Source of the DNA: Nitriliruptoria bacterium
GTDB taxonomy: Bacteria > Actinomycetota > Nitriliruptoria > Euzebyales > Egibacteraceae
Assembly (NCBI GenBank): GCA_003550425.1
Contig: PUKE01000090.1
Location: 31,231-95,230, forward strand
Length of the DNA stretch: 64,000 nt
Direction of reading: 5' to 3'
The notes below the pieces were generated by a model that did no database searches, had not been told where the DNA came from, and saw only the letters and a program-made list of their open reading frames with translations. The translations under genes were made by a program, and so were the position numbers. Positions 9,302 through 18,223 of this stretch are shown here, in pieces. The stretch's first letter is position 1, and each line of letters starts with the position of its first letter.

Positions 9302-9940
9302 TCAGGCTTCGCATCCCTCCTGCTCGGCCAGCGTCTGGATCAGGAGGGTCGTGGAGGTGGCGCCGGGGTCCTTGTGCCCCGCGCTGCGCTCTCCGAGGTA
9401 GCTGGCGCGCCCCTTGCGCGCCACCAGCGGGATCGTGGCCTCGGCGCCCTCGGCGGCGGCGTCGGCTGCGGCGCGCAGCGCCTCGCGGGCACCGCCCCCC
9501 GCGTCGACGGAGGCGCGCGCGGCGTCCACGGCCGGTGACAGGGCGTCCACGATGGTCTTGTCGCCCAGCTCGGCCTTGCCGCGCTGCTGCACGCCCGCGA
9601 GCGCCGCGGCCAGGGCGTCGGCCACCTGGCTGGCATCGAGATGCTCGGCGCCATCGACCGCGCCGGCCGCCCGCAGGAACGCGGTGCCGTACAGGGGCCC
9701 GGAGGCGCCCCCGACCTTGGACACCAGCGCCATGGACACCGCCTTCAGGACGTCGGCGGGCAGCGCGTCGCCGGGGTCGGGCAGGCGCACCAGCGCTGCT
9801 TGGAACCCGCGATGCAGGTTGGTGCCGTGATCGGCGTCCCCGATCGCGGAGTCCAGCTTCGTCAGCTCGTGGCGGTGCTCGGCGATCACGTCGGCGCAGG
9901 AGCGCACCGCAGCGGTGACGACAGCAGCGTCGATGGGCAT
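9302..9940 (-). CDS. dhaL: dihydroxyacetone kinase ADP-binding subunit DhaL
   Basis: ATG at 9940 (MPIDAAVV...) within ORF 9302..10564. DhaL motif LDSAIGDADHGTN plus VGGASGPLYG. The upstream part of the ORF overlaps dhaK and a repeat tract. Confidence 0.9.
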   Translation of the reverse strand: MPIDAAVVTAAVRSCADVIAEHRHELTKLDSAIGDADHGTNLHRGFQAALVRLPDPGDALPADVLKAVSMALVSKVGGASGPLYGTAFLRAAGAVDGAEHLDASQVADALAAALAGVQQRGKAELGDKTIVDALSPAVDAARASVDAGGGAREALRAAADAAAEGAEATIPLVARKGRASYLGERSAGHKDPGATSTTLLIQTLAEQEGCEA

Positions 9941-9954
9941 CGGTCGGCTCACCT

Positions 9955-10040
9955 TGTCGGCTCGGTCGGTTCTCGGCTCGGTCGGCTCTGACGGCTCGGT
10001 TGGCTCGGTCCGCTCGGACGGCTCGCTTCGCTTGGCTCGG
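9955..10040. repeat. degenerate short repeat tract ([CT]GGCTCGG[TG], about 7 copies at irregular 9-19 nt spacing) in the dhaK-dhaL spacer
   Basis: cggctcggt at 9957, 9973 and 9992; tggctcggt at 10002; further variants up to 10040. Seen directly in the sequence. Confidence 0.6.
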
Positions 10041-10046
10041 GTGGGG

Positions 10047-10070
10047 TGCGGCGGCCGCGGGGCCGCCGCA
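10047..10070 (-). terminator. 10-bp stem / 4-nt loop GC hairpin 10 nt downstream of the dhaK stop
   Basis: tgcggcggcc gcgg ggccgccgca. Perfect complementarity read from the sequence. Confidence 0.5.
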
Positions 10071-10080
10071 CCGGCAGGCG

Positions 10081-11082
<1,002 letters not shown>

Positions 11083-11108
11083 CCGAGACCTCCTGTGCCT
11101 GCGCCTGG

Positions 11109-11158
11109 CTGACGGGGGCGTCCGCAGCCAGCGGGCTGCCTGCGGACGCCCCCGTCAG
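11109..11158 (-). terminator. perfect 19-bp stem / 12-nt loop hairpin between the membrane-protein gene and dhaK
   Basis: ctgacgggggcgtccgcag ccagcgggctgc ctgcggacgcccccgtcag. Lies 7 nt after the stop of the upstream (minus-strand) gene and about 25 nt before the dhaK Shine-Dalgarno sequence. Confidence 0.6.
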
Positions 11159-11165
11159 GGGTTCC

Positions 11166-12140
11166 TTACAGGGTCAGGACGAAGCCCAGACCGATCGCCA
11201 GCGTGGTGCCGGCCCAGATGGCGTTGGCCGGCGGGTCGATGAAGGTGTCGCCGTGGATGAGGAACAGCCGGGAGAAGAACTCACCCAGCAGCGCACCGAT
11301 GATCCCGAACAGCGTGCCGACGAAGATCGCCACCTCGGGGGCGATCCCCACGACCTCGACCATCTGGTACGCCGCGACGGCCGCGGGCAGCGTCATGTGG
11401 TGGGTGACCATGACCGGCATGCCGAGCGCGAGGAACAACAGGCTGGCGGCGGAGATGCCGAAGCCTGCCACGATCATCACGTCGCCGACCTCCGGGCTGA
11501 CCTGCCAGCCGGTGATCACCATCCAGCTGGCGATGAGGCCAGAGCCCAGGCCGATGGTCCCGGCCTGCAGCAGGGGCTGCTGATGGGGCACCCAGACGTT
11601 GCCCCCGCCGGGCATGAACCGCCCGCGCTGGCGCGCCTCGTCGGAGAGCTTGCCGAACAGCCCGGAGCTGCCGAACACCAGCCGGGCGATGATGTTGCTG
11701 ATCGCGACCATGAGCGCGATGCCGTCGGTCCACTCGACGCCCGCGAGGGGGCCGTCGATGATCTGCTGGCCGATGTGGCCGATCAGACCGAAGAGACCAC
11801 CGACGAGCAGCACCGCCGGGTTGGTCAGCGACACCATCGGCGTGGCGATGTCCTTGGCATCGTCCACGTAGCCCATGCGCTTGGCGAAGGCAGCCGCCGC
11901 GACACCACCGGAGAAGGCGATGTGCGGGCCGAAGACCGGCCCGAAGGCGACGTTGCCCAAGAAGTCGTAGTCACCGGTGGCCACGCCGATCGCCACGCCG
12001 GCGATCACCGTGAACCCGGTGAAGACGAAGGCTGGGAGGGCTCCGATGGCGGCGCCGAAGACACCACCTCCGACGGCTCCCAGGAGAATCAGCAGACTCA
12101 GATCCAAAGTGCTCACCTTCCTCTGGTCAGGGCGCCGCAC
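11166..12140 (-). CDS. uncharacterised polytopic integral membrane protein (first gene of the dhaKL-glpK-dhaM string)
   Basis: 324-aa ORF with high GC3 and many Gly/Ala/Ile/Val-rich hydrophobic segments (LLILLGAVGGGVFGAAIGALPAFVFTGFTVIAGVAIGV, AVLLVGGLFGLIGHIG, ALMVAISNIIARLVFG, IVAGFGISAASLLFLALGMPV, IFVGTLFGIIGALLGEF, AGTTLAIGLGFVL). I recognise no family. The true start is probably the TTG at 12107, 8 nt after AGAGGAAGG. Confidence 0.8.
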   Translation of the reverse strand: MRRPDQRKVSTLDLSLLILLGAVGGGVFGAAIGALPAFVFTGFTVIAGVAIGVATGDYDFLGNVAFGPVFGPHIAFSGGVAAAAFAKRMGYVDDAKDIATPMVSLTNPAVLLVGGLFGLIGHIGQQIIDGPLAGVEWTDGIALMVAISNIIARLVFGSSGLFGKLSDEARQRGRFMPGGGNVWVPHQQPLLQAGTIGLGSGLIASWMVITGWQVSPEVGDVMIVAGFGISAASLLFLALGMPVMVTHHMTLPAAVAAYQMVEVVGIAPEVAIFVGTLFGIIGALLGEFFSRLFLIHGDTFIDPPANAIWAGTTLAIGLGFVLTL

Positions 12141-12221
12141 GCTGCGCGGTCGACGCTCCGTGGTTTCCGGGTGCGACGCGATGTGCGGCGCTCTAGCTCC
12201 CGCCGGACTCCAACACCCATG

Positions 12222-12251
12222 ACATTACGACTTGCGAGATTCTGCGGTCAA
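12222..12251 (-). promoter_or_regulatory. candidate sigma-70-type promoter for the membrane-protein/dha operon
   Basis: The minus strand reads TTGACC-(18 nt)-TAATGT inside the only AT-rich island of this intergenic region, about 80 nt upstream of the ORF start. Confidence 0.5.
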
Positions 12252-12503
12252 GCACCTTCGCGAGCGTGAAGCAGGGCTGGGGCGAGGCTCGGGACCCTGG
12301 GCCTGGCCAACAGGGAGCGTTGGACCCTCCGCCCCAGGTCAGGAAGGGCCCTTGTGAGGCGCCGCATGCCTCATCTCGGGCCTCGTCGGAGGGAGGTGAC
12401 GAGCGCGACCCTTTTGGGCACTGCGCGCTGCCCGCACGCCGAGGCCTGGCTCCGTGCCACGCCCCTCGCGCCGAGCCCAGGCCCCAAGGGCCCGCGCCGC
12501 ACG

Positions 12504-13520
12504 TCAGCCGGGCACCTGCACCTCGGCGTAGCTCGCCAGCACGTTGAGCTTGCTGAAGGGATGCTCGGCCTCGATGCGGCGCACCGTCCCAGACTGGGCG
12601 CGCATGGACAGCGAGTCGGTCGTGGCCCAGCCGGCGCGGAAGCGCACGCCTCGCAGCAGCTCGCCATCGGTGATGCCGCTGGCGGCGAAGAAGACCTCGC
12701 CGGTGCCCGCGAGGTCCTCGGTGTCCAGCACGCTGTCCAGGTCGTAGCCCTGATCCACCGCCGCGCGGTGCTCGTCGTCGTCGCGTGGCGACAGGCGGCC
12801 GAGGATCTGGCCGCCGAGGCACCGCATGGCCGCGGCCGCGAGGACGCCCTCCGGGGTGCCGCCGATCCCCATGCACGCGTCCACGCCCGAGCCCGGACGC
12901 GCCGCGGTGATGGCGCCGGCCACGTCGCCGTCGGGCAGGAAGCGCACGCGCGCGCCCGCTCGGCGGATCTGGTCGATCAGGTCGTCGTGGCGCGGCCGGT
13001 CGAGCACCGCCACCGTGACGTCGCCGGGGCTGCCGCCCTTCGCCCGCGCCACCGCCTTCACCGTGTCCCCCACCGGGGCGTCGAGCTCGACGGCGCCCGC
13101 GGCCTCGGGGCCCACGGCGAGCTTGTCCATGTAGACGCAGGGGCCGGGGTCGAACAGGGTGCCGCGCTCGGCCAGGGCGACGACCGCCAGCGCGTTGGGC
13201 AGGCTCTTGGCCACGAGCGTGGTGCCCTCGACCGGGTCCACGGCGATGTCCAGCTCGGGGTCCTCCTCGTCGCCGGAGCCGACGTGCTCGCCGTTGTAGA
13301 GCATCGGCGCGTGGTCCTTCTCGCCCTCCCCGATGACCACGGTGCCGCGCATCGCCACGGTGCCGAGCCCCGCGCGCATGGCGTCGACGCCGGCCTGGTC
13401 CACCGCGATCTTGTCACCCATGCCCATCTGGCGGGCGGCGGCCATGGCTGCCGCCTCGGTGACCCGCACCAGCTCGAGGGCGAGGTTGCGGTCGGGGCCG
13501 TCGATGGATCGCTGACTCAT
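12504..13520 (-). CDS. glpX: class II fructose-1,6-bisphosphatase GlpX
   Basis: ATG at 13520 preceded by [32 protein letters not shown]...[11 protein letters not shown]...GIGGTPEGV is typical GlpX. The rest of ORF 12504..13922 is upstream read-through. Confidence 0.93.
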   Translation of the reverse strand: MSQRSIDGPDRNLALELVRVTEAAAMAAARQMGMGDKIAVDQAGVDAMRAGLGTVAMRGTVVIGEGEKDHAPMLYNGEHVGSGDEEDPELDIAVDPVEGTTLVAKSLPNALAVVALAERGTLFDPGPCVYMDKLAVGPEAAGAVELDAPVGDTVKAVARAKGGSPGDVTVAVLDRPRHDDLIDQIRRAGARVRFLPDGDVAGAITAARPGSGVDACMGIGGTPEGVLAAAAMRCLGGQILGRLSPRDDDEHRAAVDQGYDLDSVLDTEDLAGTGEVFFAASGITDGELLRGVRFRAGWATTDSLSMRAQSGTVRRIEAEHPFSKLNVLASYAEVQVPG

Positions 13521-13719
13521 GGTCGCCTCCTGCACAGAGAGCTGTCGGGCATCTCGGGCATGCCGTCGGCGCAGCCTATGGCATCCCGGCCGTGCGACGC
13601 CGGGCCACCTGCCCCTAACGCACGCACCGTGAGCGGTATGATGCAATGAAGGCACGAGCGCCGAGAGATTCACCCTGGAAGGGGTGCCGCACCACCAGCC
13701 TTCGATGAGAGGGATCACC

Positions 13720-15411
13720 ATGCCGACCGCACCACTGACCACCGAGCGCCGCGATGCGGCGCTGGAGCAGATGAGCAGCCAGGAGCTCGACATCCTCGTC
13801 ATCGGAGGCGGCGTCACCGGCGTCGGCGCGGCGCTGGACGCCGCCACCCGGGGCCTGCGGGTCGGCCTCGTGGAGAAGACGGACTTCGCCCAGGGGACCT
13901 CGAGCCGCTCCACCAAGCTCATGCACGGTGGCCTGCGCTACCTCGAGCAGCTGGACTTCAAGCTGGTGCGCGAGGCGCTGCAGGAGCGCGGCCTGGCCAT
14001 CAGCAAGCTCTCCCCGCACCTGGTGAAGGGGATCCCGATCCTCTACCCGCTCACCCGCAAGGGCTGGGAGCGTCCCTACACCGGCGCCGGCGTCCTGCTG
14101 TACGACCTGCTGGCCGGGACGAGCCCCGCCGTCCCACGGCATCGCCACTACTCCAAGAAGAAGGCCCTGGCGCTGAACCCGGGCCTGAACTCCGATGTCC
14201 TGACCGGCGGGATCCGCTACTACGACGGGCAGGTCGACGACGCGCGCCACACGATGTTCATCGGGCGCACCGCGGCCAAGCACGGCGCGCACGTGGCCAC
14301 CTACGCCGAGGTCACCGACCTCACCGTGGAGGCCGGTCACGTGGTCGGCGCGACCGTGCGCGACAACCGCAACGGCAAGAGCTTCGACGTGCGCGCCAAG
14401 CAGGTCATCAACGCCGCCGGCCCCTGGACCGACGTGATCCAGCGCATGGGCGGCAACGCCGCGGTGAAGGTGCAGCCCTCCAAGGGGATCCACTTCCTCG
14501 TGGATCGCAGCAAGATCCCCAACACCACGGGGCTGATCCAGCGCACCGAGAAGAGCGTGCTGTTCACCATCCCGTGGGGCAAGTACTGGCTGATCGGCAC
14601 CACCGACACCGCCTGGGAGTACGACCTCGACGAGCCCGCCGCGCACGGCGGTGACATCGACTACCTGCTCGAGCGCCTGAACTCGGTGCTCACCAACCCG
14701 ATCACGCACGCCGACATCCGTGGCGTGTACTCCGGGCTGCGGCCGCTGGTCGTGCCCGCCGAGGGTGCCGGCTCGACGGCCAAGCTCAGCCGCGAGCACG
14801 CCGTCATGGAGACCGTGCCCGGCCTGCTGACGATCGCCGGCGGCAAGTACACGACCTACCGCGTCATGGCCAAGGACGTGGTCGACGCAGCCGCCGAGCG
14901 CCTGCCCCAGCGCGTGCCCGAGTGCATCACCGAGGACGTGCTGCTCATGGGCGCCGAGGGCTACTGGGCCCGCATGAACGAGCGCGAGCGCATCGCCGAG
15001 GACGTCGGGCTGCACCCGGGCTGGATCACCCATCTGCTCGACCGCTACGGCGACCTGATCGACGAGCTGCTGGCCCTGATCGAGGACCAGCCGGACCTCG
15101 GCAAGCCGCTCGAGCACGCGCCCGGCTACCTGCGCGTCGAGGCGCTCTACGGCGCCACCCACGAGGGCGCTCAGACCCTCGAGGACGTCATCGCCCGTCG
15201 CACCCGGACGTTCATCGAGCAGAGCGACCGCGGCGTGAGCGCAGCCGAGGAGGTCGCCGGCCTGATCGCGGGCCCGCTCGGCTGGGACGAGGACCGGGTC
15301 AAGCAGGAGATCGACCAGTACAAGCGGATCGTCGACGCCACCCTGGCGGCCGAGAAGGTCTCGACCGACGAGGAGGCCTACGAGGCGCGCAAGAAGGCGC
15401 TGGCCGGCTGA
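13720..15411 (+). CDS. glpD: FAD-dependent glycerol-3-phosphate dehydrogenase
   Basis: ATG at 13720 preceded by [31 protein letters not shown] dinucleotide fold, then [13 protein letters not shown]. GlpD-like along the full length. Confidence 0.93.
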   Translation: MPTAPLTTERRDAALEQMSSQELDILVIGGGVTGVGAALDAATRGLRVGLVEKTDFAQGTSSRSTKLMHGGLRYLEQLDFKLVREALQERGLAISKLSPHLVKGIPILYPLTRKGWERPYTGAGVLLYDLLAGTSPAVPRHRHYSKKKALALNPGLNSDVLTGGIRYYDGQVDDARHTMFIGRTAAKHGAHVATYAEVTDLTVEAGHVVGATVRDNRNGKSFDVRAKQVINAAGPWTDVIQRMGGNAAVKVQPSKGIHFLVDRSKIPNTTGLIQRTEKSVLFTIPWGKYWLIGTTDTAWEYDLDEPAAHGGDIDYLLERLNSVLTNPITHADIRGVYSGLRPLVVPAEGAGSTAKLSREHAVMETVPGLLTIAGGKYTTYRVMAKDVVDAAAERLPQRVPECITEDVLLMGAEGYWARMNERERIAEDVGLHPGWITHLLDRYGDLIDELLALIEDQPDLGKPLEHAPGYLRVEALYGATHEGAQTLEDVIARRTRTFIEQSDRGVSAAEEVAGLIAGPLGWDEDRVKQEIDQYKRIVDATLAAEKVSTDEEAYEARKKALAG

Positions 15412-15437
15412 CGCGCCAGCGTCCAGGACGCCATTGC

Positions 15438-15481
15438 GCGGGGGTGGGCCGGGCGCCGTTCGGCGCCCGGCCCACCCCCGC
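15438..15481. terminator. bidirectional terminator-like hairpin (perfect 20-bp stem, 4-nt loop) between convergent glpD and the SDR gene
   Basis: gcgggggtgggccgggcgcc gttc ggcgcccggcccacccccgc read directly from the sequence. Lies between two 3' ends. Confidence 0.8.
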
Positions 15482-15535
15482 GTCGTGTGCTCGGCGCCCG
15501 CCGGGCGGGCCTCGCCAGCCGCCGTGGCGGGACGG

Positions 15536-16543
15536 TCACCCGGGGAGGCGCGGCAGCGGGGCGGTCACGTGCCCGGCGTCCACGAGCCAGCGCACCAGGC
15601 GGGCGAGCGTGTCCTCCAAGGGGGTGTAGGACAGGCCGAGCTCGCGCTCGGCGCGCGACCCGTCGTAGTGATGGCCGTGCACCAGGGTGCGCACCATCTC
15701 GCGGCACACCGAGGGCGTGCTGCCACGCAGGCGGCCCAGGCCCTCGGCCAGGGCGCCGGCGACCACCGCCAGCGCCCCGGGCAGCGCGACCGTGCGATGG
15801 TCGGCGCCGGTGAGGTCGGCGAGCAGCGCGAGCCCCTCGCGCACCGTGATCGTGGCGCCGCTGATGAGGTAGCGCTCCCCGCTCGCCCCGTGGTCGGCCG
15901 CGCACAGGTGCGCCCGGGCGCAGTCGTCGACGTCGATCAGCGACAGCCGCGTGTCCACCAGCGCCCGCAGGCGGCCGTCGAGGTAGGCCGTGAGCAGCTT
16001 GGTGGTGCCCCCGGCGCGGCCGGGGCCCTGCACCGAGGACGGGTTCACGCACACGAGGTCCACGCCGCGGTCCGCGGCCTCGGCCAGCGCCAGCCGCTCG
16101 GCGGCGTGCTTCGAGCGCTCGTAGTGCGACAGGAACCACCCGCGATGAGGCGAGCGCTCGTCGGCCACGGTCCCCGAGCGCTCGCCGATGGTGGCCGCCG
16201 AGGAGGTGTGCACCACGCGCCCCACGTCAGCCCGCGCCGCCGCGCGCACCACCGCGCGCGCGCCGTCGACGTTGACGCGGTACAGCGGGCTCGGGTCGCG
16301 CCAGCAGAAGGCGTTGAGGCCGGCCACGTGGTACACGACGGCCGCGCCGTCCATCTGGGGGGCCAGGTCCGCGGGGTCCAGCAGGTCGCCGCGCACGGGC
16401 GTGGCCCCCGCCGCGGTGAGGGCGTCGGCGGCGGCGTCGGACCGTGCCAGCGCGCGCACCCGATCGCCACGCGCCACCAGGGCGCGCACCACCGCACCAC
16501 CGACCAGCCCGCTGCCGCCGGTGACGAACACGTCCTGTGGCAT
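15536..16543 (-). CDS. NAD-dependent epimerase/dehydratase family protein (extended SDR)
   Basis: 335 aa. VFVTGGSGLVGGAVVRAL Rossmann motif and YERSK catalytic Tyr/Lys motif. ATG preceded by GAGGGGAG. Confidence 0.85.
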   Translation of the reverse strand: MPQDVFVTGGSGLVGGAVVRALVARGDRVRALARSDAAADALTAAGATPVRGDLLDPADLAPQMDGAAVVYHVAGLNAFCWRDPSPLYRVNVDGARAVVRAAARADVGRVVHTSSAATIGERSGTVADERSPHRGWFLSHYERSKHAAERLALAEAADRGVDLVCVNPSSVQGPGRAGGTTKLLTAYLDGRLRALVDTRLSLIDVDDCARAHLCAADHGASGERYLISGATITVREGLALLADLTGADHRTVALPGALAVVAGALAEGLGRLRGSTPSVCREMVRTLVHGHHYDGSRAERELGLSYTPLEDTLARLVRWLVDAGHVTAPLPRLPG

Positions 16544-16579
16544 GCGCTGCTCCCCTCGGGGCCTCGGGCGCGCACCGCG

Positions 16580-17182
16580 CTAGCCGGCGGCGGGCACCTC
16601 GTTGCGGAACTTGATCAGGTAGTCGATGGCCGAGACCAGCGTGATCGCCGCGGCCAGCCACAGGGCCACGGTGTGCGCCGCGACGGCGCCCAGCGCGACG
16701 TCGGGTCGCAGGATGGCCAGCACCAGCGCGGCGAACTGCACGGTGGTCTTCGCCTTGCCCCACCAGGAGGGGCTGATCACGAGCCCTGAGACCGCGACGA
16801 CGGCGCGCAGCCCCAGGATCAGCAGCTCGCGGCCGATGATGATCGCGGCGACCCACGGCGAGGCGTGCGCGTCGGCGACCAGCGCCAGCAGCACCCCGGT
16901 CACGAGCAGCTTGTCGGCCGTGGTGTCCAGGAAGCCACCCAGCGTGCTGGTGACCTGCCAGCGGCGCGCCAGGCGCCCGTCGAGCCAGTCGGTGATGGCC
17001 GACACCGCGAAGACGATCGCGGCCGTGGTGCGCAGGGCGAGCCCGTCGTCGGCCAGCAGCAAGGCCATGACGACCGGCGTCAGGGCGATGCGCGCGACGG
17101 TCAGCTGCACCGGCAGCCGGCGCGCCCAAGCAGGCGCGCCCGGGCCGGAGCCTGCGGCGTCGGGTGGGGAGTCGGCGGACAC
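16580..17182 (-). CDS. pgsA: CDP-alcohol phosphatidyltransferase (phosphatidylglycerophosphate synthase-like)
   Basis: 200 aa, multi-TM. Family signature DGx2ARx8Gx3Dx3D is seen as DWLDGRLARRWQVTSTLGGFLDTTADK. GTG start. Confidence 0.88.
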   Translation of the reverse strand: MSADSPPDAAGSGPGAPAWARRLPVQLTVARIALTPVVMALLLADDGLALRTTAAIVFAVSAITDWLDGRLARRWQVTSTLGGFLDTTADKLLVTGVLLALVADAHASPWVAAIIIGRELLILGLRAVVAVSGLVISPSWWGKAKTTVQFAALVLAILRPDVALGAVAAHTVALWLAAAITLVSAIDYLIKFRNEVPAAG

Positions 17183-17226
17183 GGCCCGGCAGTCTAGGGG
17201 CGCGGGGAGCAGCCGCGCCCAACGCC

Positions 17227-17267
17227 GGGATCAGGCGCCCCGGCGCAGGGATCAGGCGCCCCGGCGC
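17227..17267. repeat. 20-bp direct repeat x2 (gggatcaggcgccccggcgc) in the pgsA/plsC divergent intergenic region
   Basis: Copies at 17227-17246 and 17248-17267, separated by 1 nt. An 8-bp stem hairpin (gggcgcgg ggagcag ccgcgccc) lies just beside them at 17198-17220. Confidence 0.7.
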
Positions 17268-17435
17268 CGCGACGGACCAAGTGACGGGCCCGCTGCGCTA
17301 GCATCCGCCGGCATCAGCGCCGCCCCGCCGATCGGCGCCGCTGCCCACGGCCCCGCGCCGCCACCTGCCACCCAGGCGCCCGCCCCGGCGGTCGCCCCAG
17401 CAGCACGCCGCACCCGTCACGCCCAAGGACCTCGC

Positions 17436-18140
17436 GTGTCGCTCTCGCCAGAGGATCGCTCGTCACAGGAGCCACCGCCCGATACCTCCTGGGTGCACAC
17501 CCCGCCGGGGCTGCTCGCCCGCGAGGTGGCGAACCTGCCGCTGCGGCTGCTGATCTGGATCCACAACCGCCCGCGGCGGCTGGGCCGCCAGCGCCTGGCC
17601 GACCTGGAGCCCCCGGTCATCTTCGCGGCCAACCACGCGAGCCACCTCGACACCCCGGTGGTGCTGCACGCCCTGCCGTTCCGCTGGCGCCGACGCACGA
17701 GCGTCGTGGCGGCGCTGGACTACTTCTTCCGCAAGCGCTGGCTCGGGTTGTTGGTGTCCCTGCTGTTCGCCGCGCTGCCGATCGAGCGCACCGGGCTGTC
17801 GCGCACCACCCAGCAGCGCCTGGAGCGCCTGTTCGACGGCGGCTGGAGCCTGTTCCTGTTCCCGGAGGGCACGCGCTCCAAGACCGGGCGGATGGGCCGC
17901 GTGCGCTCGGGCGCGGCGTTCATGGCCACCCGCTATCAGGTGCCGATCGTGCCCGTCTACATCGACGGCACGTTCCGCTCCTTCCCCAAGGGCAGCCGCT
18001 GGCCTCGTCCCCGTCGCGTGACGGTGGTGTTCGGCGAGCCGATCCCCCCGCCGGACGACGGCGACCACCGCGCCATGAACGAGCAGCTGAAGGCCTCCCT
18101 GGCCGGCCTGGCCCACGAGCTGGGGCGCGACGAGCCCTAG
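17436..18140 (+). CDS. plsC: 1-acyl-sn-glycerol-3-phosphate (lysophospholipid) acyltransferase
   Basis: GTG at 17436, 7 nt after AAGGA, within ORF 16626..18140. Acyltransferase motifs NHASHLD and FPEGTRS. Confidence 0.85.
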   Translation: MSLSPEDRSSQEPPPDTSWVHTPPGLLAREVANLPLRLLIWIHNRPRRLGRQRLADLEPPVIFAANHASHLDTPVVLHALPFRWRRRTSVVAALDYFFRKRWLGLLVSLLFAALPIERTGLSRTTQQRLERLFDGGWSLFLFPEGTRSKTGRMGRVRSGAAFMATRYQVPIVPVYIDGTFRSFPKGSRWPRPRRVTVVFGEPIPPPDDGDHRAMNEQLKASLAGLAHELGRDEP

Positions 18141-18223
18141 CGACCCGGAGGCACCCCAGGGAGCCCCGAGGGGCCCGTCATCCGGCATCATCCGCGCCCG
18201 GCGACGTCCCCGACCCGCGGACG

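Noticed and set aside
2291-9538. Very long plus-strand ORFs 2291..5146 (951 aa), 4957..7935 (992 aa) and 7637..9538 (633 aa)
   Set aside because: All are antisense to well-supported minus-strand genes (dnaJ, hrcA, dhaM, glpK). They show the typical shadow-ORF amino-acid bias and have no Shine-Dalgarno sequences. The same reasoning applies to 40755..44024, 22916..24754, 25010..26662, 32674..34401, 33567..35633 and similar entries.
11166-12140. Calling the dha-operon membrane protein a GlpF/MIP glycerol facilitator
   Set aside because: It has only one incidental NPA tripeptide, no second NPA(R) box and none of the SGAHxNPAVT context. At 324 aa it is longer than aquaglyceroporins. It is left as uncharacterised.
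12193-12876. 227-aa minus-strand ORF spanning the glpX 3' end and the spacer
   Set aside because: It overlaps glpX out of frame, has an Arg/Gly/Pro-rich composition and has no SD.
13637-13642. TATGAT as the -10 box of a glpD promoter
   Set aside because: It lies in an AT-richer patch about 78 nt upstream of the glpD ATG. But there is no acceptable -35 hexamer at 16-19 nt and no extended -10 TG, so the support is too weak to list as a feature.
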